Shown: one piece after another, positions 15,788-28,076 of the stretch
Layout: each line of letters begins with the position of its first letter
Position numbering within the stretch: the first letter of the stretch is position 1
NCBI GenBank assembly: GCA_964016885.1
Contig: OZ024741.1
Coordinates: forward strand, 288,610,001-288,674,000
DNA: 64,000 bases
Source of the DNA: Eledone cirrhosa
Taxonomy: Eukaryota
Direction of reading: 5' to 3'
Program-made: the position numbers and the translations under genes
Notes under the pieces: generated by a model
Seen by the model: the letters and a program-made list of their open reading frames with translations, nothing else
What the model was told of the DNA's origin: nothing
Databases searched by the model: none

Positions 15788-16095
15788 GTGAATTGGCAAA
15801 GTCATTAGAACGTCGGAGAAAATGCTTTGCAATATTCGTTCCGACTCTCTGGTCTTTGAGCTCAAACCCCGCTGATGTCAGCTTTGCCTTTCATCCATTT
15901 TAGGTCGATAAAAATGTACCATATTGTACCATATCTAGTACTGGGGTCGCTTCTTCCTCTATAACTCTTTCTCACTTCCTTTCTCTCACTCTCTTTCGTT
16001 CTCTGGAAGAAATCTGTATTCAGACCTGAAGATGAGATGAGATCCGCCAGTTTTTAAATCCCCTAGAAACGACGTACGTCAATGCAGTACGCCTA
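15788..16095 (+). mobile_element. SINE head and core fused to a pyrimidine tract and a hammerhead-like motif (16014-16087)
   Basis: SINE part to about 15950, then CTGTATT(CA)GAC-CTGAAGA...GAAAC-GAC-GTA-CGTCAATGCAG; the same junction recurs at 22490-22765 and 42604-42810. Confidence 0.6.
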
Positions 16096-16099
16096 CGAA

Positions 16100-16310
16100 A
16101 ATCGGCGGAATCGGTAGAGTACCGTAAACATGCTTTGCAACATTTAGTTACGACACTTTACGTTCTGGATTCAAATACCTCGGAGATCAGATTTGCCTTT
16201 CATCATTTAGATGTGGATAAACTAAAGTAGCAGCCAAGTAATTTGGTCGATATAACCGACTTTCCCTTCCTTAAAAAATTGCTGGCCTTGTGCTTAAATT
16301 AGAAACCATT
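16100..16310 (+). mobile_element. SINE copy (Deu/Nin-like core)
   Basis: GGATTCAAATACC B-box, TTTGCCTTTCATC core and GCTGGCCTTGTGC end. Confidence 0.8.
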
Positions 16311-17147
16311 CTTCTTTCTAGATGTTTTTTCGGTATAGTTTTGAAGAGAGCTAGACTAGTTAGGATAAAAGAGTTTTATCCCAACGGGGTAACATTATGT
16401 TAAAATTTAGAAGGAACAAGGGGCTCTGTGGTTACTTGATAAAGTATATTTAGAAATAAAAGGGAAGCACAAACAAGGGACAGGTCTGGATTTTTATAGA
16501 GGATTTTTAGCAAATGTGCGCGTGTCAAAACCTGGGTGATTTCCATCTAGGAGGGAGAATGGAAAATGACTTCTACTAGGTTAGAAGTGTTTCATTCATT
16601 TAAAATCATTAGGAAAAGAGGTTGTTGATGATTGAAAACAAATGCAATAGTTCTAGTCATGTAGAAGGCATTCCTTTAAACACATATATATATAATCATA
16701 TTCTTATATATATATATATATATATATGATGGCTGCAACTCGATTTCGAGTATTGCCAACGCTTGATATTTAAGCATGAACATCACGGACGTGGCTTTTT
16801 AGTCCTGCTAGGGACAAACCTATGACCAGCAATGCCATGCATCGTAAAAAATGTCACATATCAAGCGTCACATTTAAGTAAGGAAAGGCTTTGCAAAGGC
16901 AACGAATGCATTTGCCCCAAAATAGCTGGCCTACATCATTGGATGCAAACGTTGTTGCAGATTTTATATCAAAGGCTCCCCCCCCCCAACCCCCCCCCCA
17001 AAATTTGGGGGATGTCCGTTGACTCTCCTGAGTTCCTCGGCCATTTGGCGGGTTTTGTTTTTTATCCAACAGGGTGTCCAAAATCCGTAACAAGGAAGCT
17101 TATTAGGGTTGTACTGGGTTACATGTTACCAGTAGCACTCGAGAAGG

Positions 17148-17234
<87 letters not shown>

Positions 17235-17321
17235 ATACACACACACATACACACCCACACACACACCCACACACACACACACACTCACACACACACGCAC
17301 ATAAACACACACACACACACG

Positions 17322-17373
<52 letters not shown>

Positions 17374-17683
17374 GGTTACATGTTACCAGTAGCACTCGAG
17401 AACGACCTCACACACACACACACACATGCACTCTCTCACACACACACACACACTCACACATATACATATACATATATATATATATAATATATATATTTGC
17501 GTACAAATTGTAGCTGTATGAAGCCGGTAATTACACTCCACTTAAGTGTTATTCCATCATAAAGTTCACTGCTAGATATGTATCAACAGGACTTTAGTTT
17601 CAAATGCATGTAATACATCAAATTAACCTCCTCAGTGTACACCTTCTGTGTGGTGCTATGTTATTTCATACAGATAGAATTAC

Positions 17684-17872
17684 AGTGGATTGGCAGTATC
17701 GGTAGAGGGTCGGACGCCAGGCTTTGACGTATAGAGTTACGGCCCTTGCCATTCTGAGTTCAAATCCCGCCGAGCTTAACTTTGCCTTTCATCCTTATTG
17801 GGGTCGATAAAATAAAGTACCAGTAATGCACTAGGATAATTGCTGGCCTTGTGCCAAAAGTAGAAACAATTA
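17684..17872 (+). mobile_element. SINE copy (Deu/Nin-like core)
   Basis: GTGGATTGGCAGTATCGGTAGAG A-box region, GAGTTCAAATCCC B-box, core and 3' end all intact. Confidence 0.9.
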
Positions 17873-18244
17873 TATATATATGTGTGTGTGTGTATGTGTG
17901 TAGTTTAGTTATATATATACATATATATATATGTGTATATATATATGTATATATATGTGTATATATATATATATGTAACTCCATATATACACACACATAT
18001 ATGTAGTATAATGTGTCACTGTATTCGGGTGCATTTATACATACACATACATATATATATATGTATATATATGTGTGTGTGTATCTGCGTGTGTGTATGT
18101 GGTGTGTGTGTGTGCGCGTACAGTAAGAGATAGGTGAAGGTGAGAGTAAGAAAAACAGAAATTATGCGTTTACAAAAATACATGTTTTACATATACACGT
18201 ATCTATCTAATGCATTTATGAGTTATTATAATATACATGCATAT

Positions 18245-18314
<70 letters not shown>

Positions 18315-18368
18315 ATATATACATATATATGTGTATATATATATATATAGATGTGTATATATATATAC

Positions 18369-18432
<64 letters not shown>

Positions 18433-18586
18433 GTGTGTGTGTGTATATATATATATATACATATATATATAATATATATATATATATATGTGTGTGTATA
18501 TATATATATATATTTGTTTAATTTTGTGTGAGTTTTCCTTCTGTCAATAAATGCCAATTTTGTCATTTTCTCTTAATGTTCCCTCG

Positions 18587-18711
18587 TCTTCTTCTTCTTC
18601 TTCTTCTTCTTCTTCTTCTTCTTCTTCTTCTTCTTCTTCTTCTTCTTCTTCTTCTTCTTCTTCTTCTTCTTCTTCTTCTTCTTCTTCTTCTTCTTCTTCT
18701 TCTTCTTCTTC
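18587..18711. repeat. (CTT)n microsatellite
   Basis: Seen directly. Confidence 0.95.
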
Positions 18712-18888
18712 ACCGCCCCATGTTTACATCCCCCACCACCGCAATCATCCAGCATCAGCCTAGCCCTCTGACGGAGCTAATTAATCAACAGGTGTTCGCC
18801 ACCAAACACCTATCATCACAAACTCTATGCCACCCAAGGATGTATGTATACCTATGTATGTATGTTTGTATGTATGAATGTATGTATG

Positions 18889-18921
<33 letters not shown>

Positions 18922-19047
18922 GTTTATATTCTGCTCCTTATATGATGTTTTTTTTTTCAGTTAATTAGCGCGTGTATTACTCTTACAAACATCTCTACAT
19001 ATAAATATGTGTGTGGAAATTCGGTACCATATAGACCCACAGTGTAT

Positions 19048-19132
<85 letters not shown>

Positions 19133-19149
19133 CATAAAAAATATTGATA

Positions 19150-19241
19150 GTCTGCAGTACTGGGCAAAGTACTCCATGCATGGCTTAATGCAGAGACGGT
19201 ATATTAGTAAAAGTAGAGAATCGGCCGCGAGTCGGTGGTTT

Positions 19242-19245
<4 letters not shown>
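19150..19245 (-). pseudogene. Possible CR1/L2-type RT C-terminal fragment
   Basis: Minus translation LLLLIYRLCIKPCMEY resembles the LL.lY...IRP..EY thumb motif; very short. Confidence 0.35.
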
Positions 19246-19295
<50 letters not shown>

Positions 19296-19477
19296 AATAT
19301 GAAAACAAACGTGCTGCGTGGTTGCAAATGGGTTACATATATATATATATGATGATTTCTCCCGAATGAAACAGTTCTAGTCCTGTAGAAGTCATTTCTA
19401 TATGATATATATAATATGTATATATATATGTATATATATATAAATATATATTTATATATTTATATATATATAAATAT

Positions 19478-19792
19478 ATTAGAAATTATAAGCTTTCACC
19501 GTATTTTTAGACTAAAGAAATTTCTAGCCTGATAGTGGGGTTTATAACCCTCGGATGTGTATTGGTGTAATGGTAGCACAGTGGTCTGGATAACCAAAGA
19601 TGTGGGTTCGACTCCCATGTACGGCAACACTCATCTTTTTCCATTTCTCCGAGGGTTATAAACCCCACTATCAGGCTAGAAATTTCTTTAGTCTAAAAAT
19701 ACGGTGAAAGCTTATAATTTCTAATTTCTAATTTCAAACTCGCGCACCGTTTCAAAAACATACTTACATGTTTACGTTTATAATTTGCTTGT
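19478..19792 (+). mobile_element. tRNA-headed element enclosed by perfect 78-bp inverted repeats, with one-sided tail, in (TA)n
   Basis: 19478-19555 is the exact reverse complement of 19648-19725; tRNA-like sequence lies between; unpaired tail at 19726-19792. Confidence 0.8.
19556..19627 (+). pseudogene. tRNA-like sequence (SINE head or pseudo-tRNA)
   Basis: A-box TGGTGTAATGG, D-stem GTG/CAC, anticodon arm TGGT-CTGGATA-ACCA, T-arm GTGGG-TTCGACT-CCCAT, imperfect acceptor stem, followed by T5 at 19636-19640. Confidence 0.75.
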
Positions 19793-20017
19793 ATATATAT
19801 ATATATATATATATATAAAGAGAGATTTATTTAATTATGTCTCATATAAAATAATACAGCCGACTATCCACGAAATACAATATAGTTAGCACCCCAAACG
19901 CACAATTGGGATTATATTCAGGTATATCCTAATGCTTGTTGAGTGAGTTGGGAGTTGGTCGGAGTATCGCTAAAAGTTTTCTCTGTTAATGTATTAAGTA
20001 TAAATATATATATATAA

Positions 20018-20353
20018 TTGGTGTTGATGCTTAAAGTGTCCGTATGCAGTAGGCCGTATGGGCACTCAATGCTCGCATAGAGCAGAGTATATCATAGAAA
20101 AAGAGAGAATCAGTGTTGCGACGAATGGAATTTATTGGACATATTACAATCGTTTCTCTGGCGACCAGCTTCTACGAAGCAGATTTTCCTAGGAAAATCT
20201 GCTTCGTAGAATCAAGACATGTCTGAGGACCTTGCGATTTTCAGAGTCAGGTTCGATCATCACATCGATCGTACCTCGAGTTGGTCACCAGAGAAACGAT
20301 TGTAATATGCCCAATAAATTCCATTCGTCGAAACATTGATTCTCTTTTTTTCT

Positions 20354-20360
<7 letters not shown>
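20018..20360. mobile_element. Fold-back element, family D, with tail, 42-bp perfect palindrome and hammerhead
   Basis: Inverted arms at about 20090-20169 and 20280-20360; palindrome 20170-20211; tail 20018-20089. Confidence 0.75.
20216..20311 (+). ncRNA. Type I hammerhead ribozyme with long stem II region
   Basis: GACATGT-CTGAGGA-(63 nt)-GAAAC-GATT-GTA-ATATGCC; the inverted copy reads ATATGTC, completing stem I; base of stem II is poorly paired. Confidence 0.6.
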
Positions 20361-20426
<66 letters not shown>

Positions 20427-21133
20427 GTTATATATATATATAAATGGAAAAATGAAACGAAATTTCATTTCTCACTCTTAGTACGGCTGTTACTTAAATA
20501 TAAGTATGTATACGTACATACATATATGTATACAGACGTACAGTAGTATGTATATATATACATACATGCACACATATATATATGTACGTATGGATTCACC
20601 GAACATTTATTATAATGCTCGGTTCGTTTGTAAACAAACATCCCAAATTAAGCCGTACAGTATTTAGCAACCATCGTTGCCCTTTTGTTCAACACTGACA
20701 AAGGAACGATGTTCTAGCTTCAAGCTTATTAGCTATCGTCAGCACCGTATACCTTCCTGCCAGATGATTGAACGTCTGAAAGTATATACTTTCCTTATGC
20801 ATATTAACGGCTGAGCAGCCTAATTTGCATATCGAGTGAGTTAATCGGCCGGGCGCACCGAAAACGATAAATGGGAAAAATGAAACGAAATTTCATTTCT
20901 CACTCTTAGTACGGCTGTTACTTAAATATAAGTATGTATACATACATACATATATGTATACAGACGTACAGTAGTATGTATATATACACATACATGCACA
21001 CATATATATATGTATGTATGGATTCACCGAACATTTATTATAATGCTCGGTTTGTTTGTAAACAAACATCCCGAATTAAGCCGTACAGTGTTTAGCAACC
21101 ATCGTTGCCCTTTTGTTCAACACTGACAAAGGA

Positions 21134-21176
21134 ACGATGTACTAGTTTCAAGCTTATTAGCTATCGTCAGCAACGT
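21134..21176 (-). ncRNA. Minimal type I hammerhead ribozyme (second copy)
   Basis: Minus strand ACGTTG-CTGACGA-TAGCT-AATA-AGCTT-GAAAC-TA-GTA-CATCGT. Confidence 0.8.
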
Positions 21177-21433
21177 ATACCTTCCTACCAGATGATTATA
21201 TATACATACTACTGTAGTCTGTATACATATATGTATGTACGTATACATACTTATATTTAAGTAACAGCCGTACTAAGAGTGAAAAATGAAATTTCGTTTC
21301 ATTTTTTCCATTTATCGTTTTCGGTGTGCCCGGCCGATTAACTCACTCGATATGCAAATTAGGCTGCTCAGCCGTTAATATGCATAAGGAAAGTATATAC
21401 TTTCAGACGTTCAATCATCTGGCAGGAAGGTAT

Positions 21434-21476
21434 ACGATGCTGACGATAGCTAATAAACTTGAAACTAGTACATCGT
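21434..21476 (+). ncRNA. Minimal type I hammerhead ribozyme
   Basis: ACGATG-CTGACGA-TAGCTAATAAACTT-GAAAC-TA-GTA-CATCGT: perfect 6-bp stem I, intact core, palindromic ACTAGT stem III, GUA cleavage triplet. Confidence 0.85.
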
Positions 21477-21743
21477 TCCTTTGTCAGTGTTGAACAGAAG
21501 GGCAACGATGGCTGCTAAACACTGTACGGCTTAATTCGGGCTGCTTGTTTACAAATAAACCGAACATTATAATAAATGTTCGGTGAATCCATACGTACAT
21601 ATATATATGTGTGCATGTATGTATATATATATATACATACTACTGTACGTCTGTATACATATATGTATGTACGTATACATACTTATATTTAAGTAACAGC
21701 CGTACAAAGAGTGAGAAATGAAATTTGGTTTCATTTTTTTTCC

Positions 21744-21785
<42 letters not shown>

Positions 21786-21787
<2 letters not shown>

Positions 21788-21979
21788 CGAAGGAAATGTG
21801 GTAAGGAACCAGGTGGACCATAACGCACCATAGTACTCAATACTTAGGGTAGTAGATTGGGTAATAGGAACGAGTAGGACCCCGACGGCTGAGCTCAAGC
21901 CGTTTCGACGGCTAATTCTGGACCAGAATTAGCTGTCGAAACGGCTGAGCTCAGCCGTCGGGGTCCTACTCGTTCCTAT
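21786..21979. mobile_element. Short fold-back PLE derivative, family A
   Basis: Tail 21786-21863, palindrome 21864-21979 centred near 21922, flanked by (TA)n. Confidence 0.85.
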
Positions 21980-22288
21980 ATATATATATATATGGCCGAT
22001 AAATGAAGTAGAACTCTAGGGAGAGGGTCGGCTTAGGCTCTAAATCCCATTTCAACAAGTTGTCTTTTGGTGTTTGTTCCAGAATTTTATGCACTGAGTT
22101 CAAATTTCTGTCTTCTCGTGGCAAAAGAATGGGGCCATTGGATGGAGATAGGCTTTCAATTTCAAACGAAACCTTAGTTCGATTGAAGCATCATTATGAA
22201 CAAAAAGAACTCTGCATTAAAGCTGAATAAACACTAGGAAAGAAAAGTCCTTTCTTCATGTTTACACTCTTTGTATATATGTGACATT

Positions 22289-22476
22289 GTGGATTGGCAG
22301 TATCGGTAGAGGGTCGGACGCTATGCTTTGAGGTATAGAGTTACGGCCCTTGCCATTCTGAGTTCAAATCCCGCCGAGGTTAACTTTGCCTTTCATCCTT
22401 ACGGGGTCGATAAAATAAAGTACCAGTAATGCACTGGGTAACTGCTGGCCTTGTGCCTAAAGTAGAAACAATTATA
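22289..22476 (+). mobile_element. SINE copy (Deu/Nin-like core)
   Basis: Near-identical to 17684-17872. Confidence 0.9.
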
Positions 22477-22489
22477 TTCTGTACCTAGC

Positions 22490-22765
22490 CGGTGAATTAG
22501 CAGAGTCGTTAGAAAGTCGGACAGAATGCTTTGTAATATTCATTTCGGCTCTCTTCTCTCTGAGTTCAAATACCGCTGAGATCAATAAAAATAGTACCAG
22601 TCTAGTTCTGGGTCAGTTCTTCCTCTATATCTCTTTCTTACTTCCATTCTCTCGCTCTCTATCTTTTTCTGGAAGAAATCATCTGGAGAGATGTGCTCCG
22701 CCATGTTTTGAAAATACCCTTGAATCGCCATATGTTAATACAGCAGCCCTACCACTCCACCAGAA
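22490..22765 (+). mobile_element. SINE plus degenerate hammerhead-tail chimera (second copy)
   Basis: Colinear with 15788-16095: ...CTAGT(A/T)CTGGG...TTCTTCCTCTAT...TCTGGAAGAAATC...TCCGCCA...; ribozyme core decayed. Confidence 0.55.
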
Positions 22766-23429
22766 GTTACGGGATCATGTATGCATTATGTGTCTAGCCA
22801 CGTGATATATATGAAATGGATAGAAATAATCCAAGCTTCTGCTAGACTCAGCTAACACTTTTGGATGACACTTAAGTTGAGGTACCGCAGAAAGTGGAAA
22901 CTATTCGCCATGCACACCTTAATTGTGTGACACATTGCTGATATTTGGAGCTATTTCAGAACTGCTGTTGTCGCATGTAGGTCGGAGATGGCTGTCAGGG
23001 TGGATTTAAAGTGCAGATTGCCACCGTCCTTTGATCGCAAAGGAGGGGTAGTTATCCCCAATCTGGTAAATTATAGCGATAGGAGTAGTATGGTGACCAA
23101 ACTGAAAGAACTTCATCTAAACCCTTCAAGTGGTATTTCTTTAAGTACCACTTGAAGAGGGAGGTGAAGGTGGAGGTTTAAGTGCTGTTTACCAATAAAA
23201 TTTCTGATAGGTAGTTGGGAATGGCGAGTATAGCCTAGGTGAATGGGTATAATCTTATACGTTTAGCATTCAACTGTAGGCCAGGGACCACTGCCGAAAG
23301 AGGGGCTGTTGGTAGTATTAGTTGTCGTTGTTTAGCCCAAGTACAGTCCTTCGTTCTAAAACCAATCCAATCGTGATCAGAATTACCTGAATACTTTAGT
23401 ATATATATATAGTCACATGTGGCAGTGAT

Positions 23430-23790
23430 GAAGAAAATTGTAGTGGTTGTAACTGTGGTGATGAGGGTCTTGAGGGTTATCGTGATATGTGGTGGTAGTG
23501 GTGGCGGCGGTTGTGGTTGTGGTGGTGGTGGTAGTGGTGGTAGCCGGGGTAATGACGATATTGGTGATAATGATGGTGGTCGTGGTAGCCATGATGATAA
23601 TGATCATGATTATGATAATGATCATGTGGGAAAGGTGGTTAATAATAATAGTGATAACGATTGAAGAGACAATGAGGATGATGAGGAGGACGAAGAGATG
23701 GACGATGATAATGATGAGGAGAAGGATGAGGAGGGAGAGGAATATGGCAACAAATATGAAGGATAAAATGATGGTGTTGATGATGTTGAC
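23430..23790. repeat. (GGT/GAT/GAG)n low-complexity tract
   Basis: Seen directly. Confidence 0.85.
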
Positions 23791-23982
23791 AAAAACAATA
23801 ACAACCTTCACACAGTCTCGTTGTCAACATACATAAGGCATCTCCGGTCAAATAACGAATGACATTGTCAATATATATGAAAGAAATAGAGAAGGAATGG
23901 ATGGATGATGGTGTAAAAGGAAGGTAAGTGATTGAAAGAGAAATATATATATATATAATTATCTATAAAAGGCAGATTAGTG

Positions 23983-24024
<42 letters not shown>

Positions 24025-24322
24025 ATGTTCCATGTTTATACATTTGCACAATTTCAAACCGATTCGACTCAATGTCTGTAAGAATGTTGTAAATGGTCTA
24101 AATTTGGTCAACGACTATTTATTTATTTCAAACTCACCCACAATTACGGAAATAATCGATAAAACTAAATACATGACGCTTTACCCCTCTAATACAATCT
24201 GATATCCTCTATCTACTCCCCTTAAAATTCGATAAAACTACATACATGCTGCAACTTTCTCTTATATACGTTTAATCTTACAAACTTCCTTTAGGAACGC
24301 CGAAGAAAGAAGAGAGAGAGAA

Positions 24323-24390
<68 letters not shown>

Positions 24391-24596
24391 TTTTGTTTTT
24401 GAGTGTGGAACGGTCAAACATTTATTTACTTCAATGACAAAGAGAACTTATTACATTTCATACGAAACAACAATTATTCAAAAGCAACAGATAAATTTAT
24501 TCAACAATAAAAAAAAAATAGCGATAAATCTTTTTTAAAACATCTCTCAACGAACTTAGAAGAAAGAAGTATCAGTTTATTTACTATACACAATAA

Positions 24597-24781
24597 TATC
24601 TTCTATGAGGTCACTAAACCTGCTAGAAACAGCAGCTAACTCTCCCCCATATCACACCCCTCCCTATTGTCTTAAATTTAGAAAACACATATCCTCTATG
24701 AGGTCACTAAACCTGCTAGAAACAGCATCTCACTCTCCCCCATATCACACCCCTCCCTACTGTCTTAAATTTAGAAAACAC
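24597..24781. repeat. Two-copy 93-bp tandem duplication of an interspersed-repeat segment
   Basis: CTATGAGGTCACTAAACCTGCTAGAAACAGCA...GTCTTAAATTTAGAAAACAC occurs twice; a decayed relative lies near 30460-30525. Confidence 0.9.
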
Positions 24782-25050
24782 GCATTAGACAACCATGCAG
24801 AACAACTCCATCGCAGCTCTGTTGTTCGGCTGGCATCGTCTACGCGCGTGTTGCGCAAGTACTGTGAAACAATAAATTTCAACACTACTTTGCACAGAGA
24901 TAATATCCATAGGCGAAACTACAATTGTCACTGCTGGCGCAGCTCCTGCTTCGGCAGTCCAGGTCTGCAATTCATTCACCCAGTGCCTGGCAGACAAAAA
25001 AGTGCTGCCATAAAATGGGTGGTGCAACCTAAGTTTGGTAACTTACTGAC

Positions 25051-25078
25051 CCCGAGCAACGCTGGGCTTTAATGCTAG
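25051..25078 (+). mobile_element. Helitron-type 3' terminus
   Basis: Hairpin CCCGAGCAACGCTGGG followed 8 nt later by CTAG then T. Confidence 0.55.
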
Positions 25079-25195
25079 TATATAATAAAAATAATAATAA
25101 AAAGGACGATTTGTTATGTCTTCATTACTTTTATTTAGTAGTGATGCACGTTTCCCTATCGATCAGCTCAATCCCTGCATATATATATATAGTTA

Positions 25196-25305
<110 letters not shown>

Positions 25306-26071
25306 AGAAAGAGAGAGTCGGAGAAAGTCGGAGAAAGTCGGTGATATATATATATATATATGTACTAGACCACCCGTGACCCGTTGGATCACGTTCAATT
25401 AAAAATAATTTTTAAATAATTAAAATATACACAGATATGTATATAATATAAAATGAAATTGGAAGGTCATTCTCACTTAAGAATATTCTTTTAATATGCC
25501 AAAACATATTTTTTTAAATCGTATTCACTTGAAAATAATAAAATAAAAAAAATTAAAATACTGTCTGTATAAAAAAAGCTAAAATATAAATACTTACTGT
25601 ACGAACAACTTGTATTTTCGAAATTACATTCACTTTAAAATATTTCTAAATAATTAAAATATTCTGTTTAACAAAACCAAAATGCAAAAACAATTCGTAT
25701 TTTTTAGTCATATTCACTTGAAGATGTTTTTTTAAATAATTCAAACATCGTCTGTTTAATTGTCTGTCTAAAGAAAGCTGAAATATAGATACTTAAAGTA
25801 CAAACAACTTGTATTTTTCGAATCATATTCACTGATAAATCACTGAAAAAATTTTTTTACTGTATTTTTTGACACCTATTCACTTAAAAATATTTTTTAA
25901 ATAATGAAAATATTGTCTATGTTCGATTTACACCAAACTTGTTTTATATAGTTTGTATTCCCATTTCAGGGTTATTTTACTTTCGGACTATTTTCCCATT
26001 ATGCACCATTTTGGCTATTTATGAAGGTTCCCGGAAAAACTCATATCTCGGGAACGCGTGCTTCGATTTAC

Positions 26072-26310
<239 letters not shown>

Positions 26311-26360
26311 GTATATATATATGTGTATATATATGTATATATATCAAGGGCTTTATTTCA

Positions 26361-26473
26361 AGTATTAACAATTGTTTCATTGATCAGGTGAGTCTAAAGG
26401 CCGCTAATCACTCGAAGTTGCGTCACTCGACCTTAAGTATAGTGTTTACCACTGATCAAATCCTCAGAATACT
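26361..26473 (-). ncRNA. Type I hammerhead ribozyme with about 64-nt loop 2
   Basis: Minus strand AGTATT-CTGAGGA-T-TTGATCAG...CTGATCAA-T-GAAAC-AATT-GTT-AATACT: perfect stem I, 8-bp stem II, palindromic ACAATTGT stem III. Confidence 0.8.
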
Positions 26474-26852
26474 AGAGAACTCACATATGGCAATGGTATA
26501 TATAGATACAGTGTAGAATCAAAACAATAACATCAATAATAAAATATAATGATAAAGGGGTAAAGAAGTTACAGATGTAAAAAGTAAAAAAATATATAAG
26601 TACAGAATACGATAGTTGATAATAGTGGTGGTGGTGAGTAAGTATATGTATAAAGATGTGAGGGTGGAGGTAATACTAACATGAAAAGCAGCATTAGATA
26701 TATACATACATACGTGGTGGTCAAAGGGTTAGAAGTAGAGAATAAGAGGTAGTAACAAATGACAGATAAAAGATAAAAAACAATAAATTAAAAATTAAGT
26801 GAGAGATACGAGGATAAGACATAAGGGATAGGGCTAAGGACGGGAAAGAGGG

Positions 26853-26894
<42 letters not shown>

Positions 26895-27630
26895 ATATAT
26901 ATATAAATATCAGTCATACTCAGTCATATATATATATAAATATCAGTCATACTCAGAAAAACTCTCTCCATCCCGTTTTTCTTGACCATTATCTTTTGTT
27001 TGGCACAAAATTCTCTAAATGGCTATAAAAAAATTCCAAAATACGGGCGCGAAATTTAATGTACTTGTTCACGTGGCAGTCATAATTTCATTTGTAACCA
27101 ATCAAATTACATTTATAAAAAAAAGCCTTCGTGGGCCACTTTTTTTAAAGTAAAAAGAAATTCAAACAGAAACTGGCGCGAAAGCTGATGTGCTTATTCA
27201 CGTGACTGCATCAACCAACCAAACTTCACTCATATATGAAAAAACAACCTGAGCCCCCCCCCCCCCCCCCCGCCCTTTTTGTTTGAAGAACTTTGTAACG
27301 CGAACTGACGCGAAATTTATTATACTTATTCACCATCCAATCAAATTACTTCTCTAAAAACCAGGCATTTCGAGCCAATTTTTTGCATATAAAACAAGTA
27401 ACATTCAAAGACCAGCCAGATGTAATAAAAACCACAGACCCTCCATCTCAACTCTACTTTTGAAAAGCAGATGAACTGCGAAACCGGTAAAGGAACCAAA
27501 TAAATATATATATTTAAAAAAAAAAAGACTCCAGTTGCATTTTCGATTTCATCTTTTTTCCTTATACTTTCACTCGTGTAGGACACCTCGGTTATTTTTC
27601 ATTTTGTAAAAGAAACCTCACTTTCTAATA

Positions 27631-27672
<42 letters not shown>

Positions 27673-28076
27673 CGAAGGAAGTGTGGTAAGGAACCAGGTG
27701 GACCATAACGCACCAGAGTACTCAATACTTAAGGTAGTAGAGTGGGTAATAGGAAAATGTTCAAGACCCCGACGGCAGAGCCCAAGCCATAGACGGATAT
27801 TTCTGGACTAAATTAGATTTTTAGCGTGGTAATAAATAGCCGAACTTTTCAAGGAGTAATTCCTTATATGGGGAGATTGTAGTTGTCAAAAGGATTGGTC
27901 AACATTTCTTGTAAACACAATTAAATCTTTCATGGCGGTGGGTGGGAGGTGGGTTGGCTGAACTTGCCTGTAGAACAATGAGGGAGTGGATGGAGCCGGT
28001 CAAGCGTTGAAAGTGAATTCTATACAGTAAGTTCTAAGGAGTGTTGGTGAAATTAGGCTAGCTAGGAAGCAGGCGC

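Larger units (their letters stand above)
20441..21748. mobile_element. About 428-bp tandem monomers, each with a minimal hammerhead, arranged as a direct array plus inverted array (retrozyme-like)
   Basis: Units start at 20441 and 20868; inversion near 21198; inverted units 21199-21748; hammerheads at 20706-20748 (minus), 21134-21176 (minus) and 21434-21476 (plus). Confidence 0.85.

Noticed and set aside
19556-19627. Functional tRNA-Ser(GGA)
   Set aside because: Broken acceptor stem, no long variable arm, and embedded in an inverted-repeat element; treated as a SINE head
22770-23300. Possible highly decayed CR1-like RT remnant (also 31040-31440 and 50455-50620)
   Set aside because: Only vague motif resemblance through multiple stops and frameshifts; needs blastx/HMM
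24597-24781. Repeat pair and the 155-aa ORF 24605-25072 as a gene or CRISPR-like array
   Set aside because: Simple two-copy tandem duplication without spacers; ORF has no recognisable motif; eukaryotic context
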